From: a virus
Taxonomy: Duplodnaviria > Heunggongvirae > Uroviricota > Caudoviricetes
IMG/VR virus record: IMGVR_UViG_3300006143_000285
Reading direction: 5' to 3' (one strand)
Length of the DNA stretch: 48,178 nucleotides
Every line of letters starts with the position of its first letter. Within the stretch, counting starts at the first letter, position 1. The notes beneath the pieces are model-generated. The model did not search any database. It was given only the letters and a program-made list of their open reading frames with translations, and had not been told where the DNA came from. Made by a program: the position numbers and the translations under genes. This document shows, piece by piece, positions 46,729 to 48,178 of the stretch.

Positions 46729-48178
46729 TAAATAGCATCACTGATTTCCTCAACCAGATCGCCGGAACATGAATCAGAAACCCACAACGAACCATTGGTC
46801 GCGCCTGATTTCTGAACTTCAAGTTCATAGATTCGCATTCTCTTACGAACCGTCAGCTCGTCGAAGGTGGCATGATAGCCTCCTACGAAATCACTTTTGA
46901 TAATACCCCAGCCATAACCGGCAAAACCACTGGCAAACCGCTGGGATTGAACATTATTATTGAAATAGGCATTCCCTGTGAAAGCCATGCCATCAGCAAC
47001 GCCTTCAATGAATATCCCTGTATTTAAGAATAGAGCGTTTTCTTGAAGCCTTGTTTGGTATTTTTCGCTTAATACCGAAAAACTTTTGCTTAAAATAGGC
47101 TTCTGAAAGACAAAAAATTCTGCATCCGTATTATAAAACAAGCTCACATCCGTTGATAACGACATGTTTCGCCAAGGATAATTACTTGCATCAAAATACA
47201 TTTTTACTGACAACCGATCAGTTGTTTGACCGGAACTATCAGAATGAGTGTGCGGAATAGAGAACTTTAATTGTTCATGCGTTCCATCAGTGTAGATATA
47301 AGGTCCATATTCATCGCCCAACGCAATATTTTTAGGAAATACCACGCCACAATTATCAGCAGATACATAATATGTCCTAATCACAATCGGGCCACCGTTA
47401 GCACAGCCTGCTTGAAATGAGTTTCTGAAATCGCCATCACCATTGCTGGACACCATCACATAAGTGTTTTTATCGTTTTTGATGTTGGCCTGCAATGATA
47501 TGAATTGGGTTGGCAATGGATTATCAATTGTACCGCCAACGTCACCCAAGTTCAAAATTTTACCCGGCGCAGAAAATGAAACAATATTGTCAGCCCCACC
47601 ACGAACTCGTACAATATACTCATCATCAAACTTGATGCCATAGCCATCAATGATATTCAAGTCAGTCTTCATTGTTATTTTTGAAGACTGAGTGGCGTCA
47701 TCATAGCTCGAATAAAAGATTGCATCCCCATTCTCGCCTAAATCAAAACCTTTCAAAGCCTTCAATCGTCCATCAAGACTAACGCCACCATCAACGGTCA
47801 AATCGCCATATACATGGCCGTCTTTCATCGACCAGTCCGTGTCCTTGTTGTTGCAATTTCCGGAATGATAGAACTCTTTAGTGCCCCAAAATATGCCTTG
47901 ATTATTGATGACAACATCGCCAAGTTTGAATGTTCCGTCAACCTCAATCGCTCCGGTAATTTTAATATCCTGAGAGTCCAGCTGCAACTTGTTGTCTTGA
48001 TAGAAAATGCACTGATGCTTGGAGAAAAATATTCCAGTATCAGACAAATTTAGCTGGCCATCAATAGTCGCATCATTATCGACAATCAGCCTGCCATAGA
48101 CATGTGCTACATTTTCCTTCGCTGCATTAACTATGACATCAAAAATTTTCTGAGAGTTATAACCGGCTTCAAAGCCTT
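46728..48178 (-). CDS. Tail protein, 5'-truncated by the window edge
   Basis: The frame stays open from the listed TTG at 48047 to the window end (GFEAGYNSQKIF...). C-terminal FASGFAGYGW...DELTVRKRMRIYELEVQK. Confidence 0.7.
   Translation of the reverse strand, partial: GFEAGYNSQKIFDVIVNAAKENVAHVYGRLIVDNDATIDGQLNLSDTGIFFSKHQCIFYQDNKLQLDSQDIKITGAIEVDGTFKLGDVVINNQGIFWGTKEFYHSGNCNNKDTDWSMKDGHVYGDLTVDGGVSLDGRLKALKGFDLGENGDAIFYSSYDDATQSSKITMKTDLNIIDGYGIKFDDEYIVRVRGGADNIVSFSAPGKILNLGDVGGTIDNPLPTQFISLQANIKNDKNTYVMVSSNGDGDFRNSFQAGCANGGPIVIRTYYVSADNCGVVFPKNIALGDEYGPYIYTDGTHEQLKFSIPHTHSDSSGQTTDRLSVKMYFDASNYPWRNMSLSTDVSLFYNTDAEFFVFQKPILSKSFSVLSEKYQTRLQENALFLNTGIFIEGVADGMAFTGNAYFNNNVQSQRFASGFAGYGWGIIKSDFVGGYHATFDELTVRKRMRIYELEVQKSGATNGSLWVSDSCSGDLVEEISDAI

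Larger units (their letters stand above)
705..48178. mobile_element. Large prophage (continues beyond the window)
   Basis: Integrase, lysis, terminase small subunit, replication, nucleotide metabolism, baseplate/tail and DGR modules. Uniform minus-strand array with tight gene coupling. Left boundary inferred. Confidence 0.85.

Noticed and set aside
919-47000. Many plus-strand ORFs in the track (e.g., 919-1629, 9845-10417, 11194-11733, 40907-41392)
   Set aside because: They are antisense shadows of well-supported minus-strand genes, with no recognisable motifs.

Overview
Left ~48 kb of a large Bacteroidota-type temperate phage integrated next to the end of another integrative element. The host assignment rests on TAnnTTTG promoters and Bacteroidota-phage-like lysis and tail genes. 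From left to right: (1) 1-720 is the end of a neighbouring element, with a degenerate 12-bp tandem array, arm-like direct repeats and a 14-nt tRNA-3'-end-like core. (2) 722-2631 (-) is a complete class IIC group II intron inserted 4 nt after a terminator; its RT/maturase has one in-frame TGA. (3) A tyrosine integrase (+) follows a long structured leader. (4) A continuous minus-strand phage gene array then covers lysis genes, small terminase, and a replication module (DEDDh exonuclease, GMK-like kinase, split DNA polymerase III alpha, Pif1 helicase, primase, DnaB, ECF sigma, RuvC-like, SbcCD, SSB). It continues with nrdD/nrdG/thyX, baseplate and tail genes, and a complete diversity-generating retroelement (DGR): 2007-aa target with VR, hairpin, Avd, TR, RT. 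Most notable: (a) DnaE is split through its active site; the halves carry complementary intein-like (Hint) fragments lacking all splicing residues, and a helicase gene lies between them. (b) The DGR has 16/16 TR-adenine-specific substitutions, its TR lies in frame inside the RT ORF, and its target carries a CotH-kinase-like domain. (c) A 15-nt motif, CTATTYYYMATAAAC, occurs before three late-type genes and in two cases sits inside hairpins that occlude the start region. All assignments come from motif recognition by eye; no searches were run.
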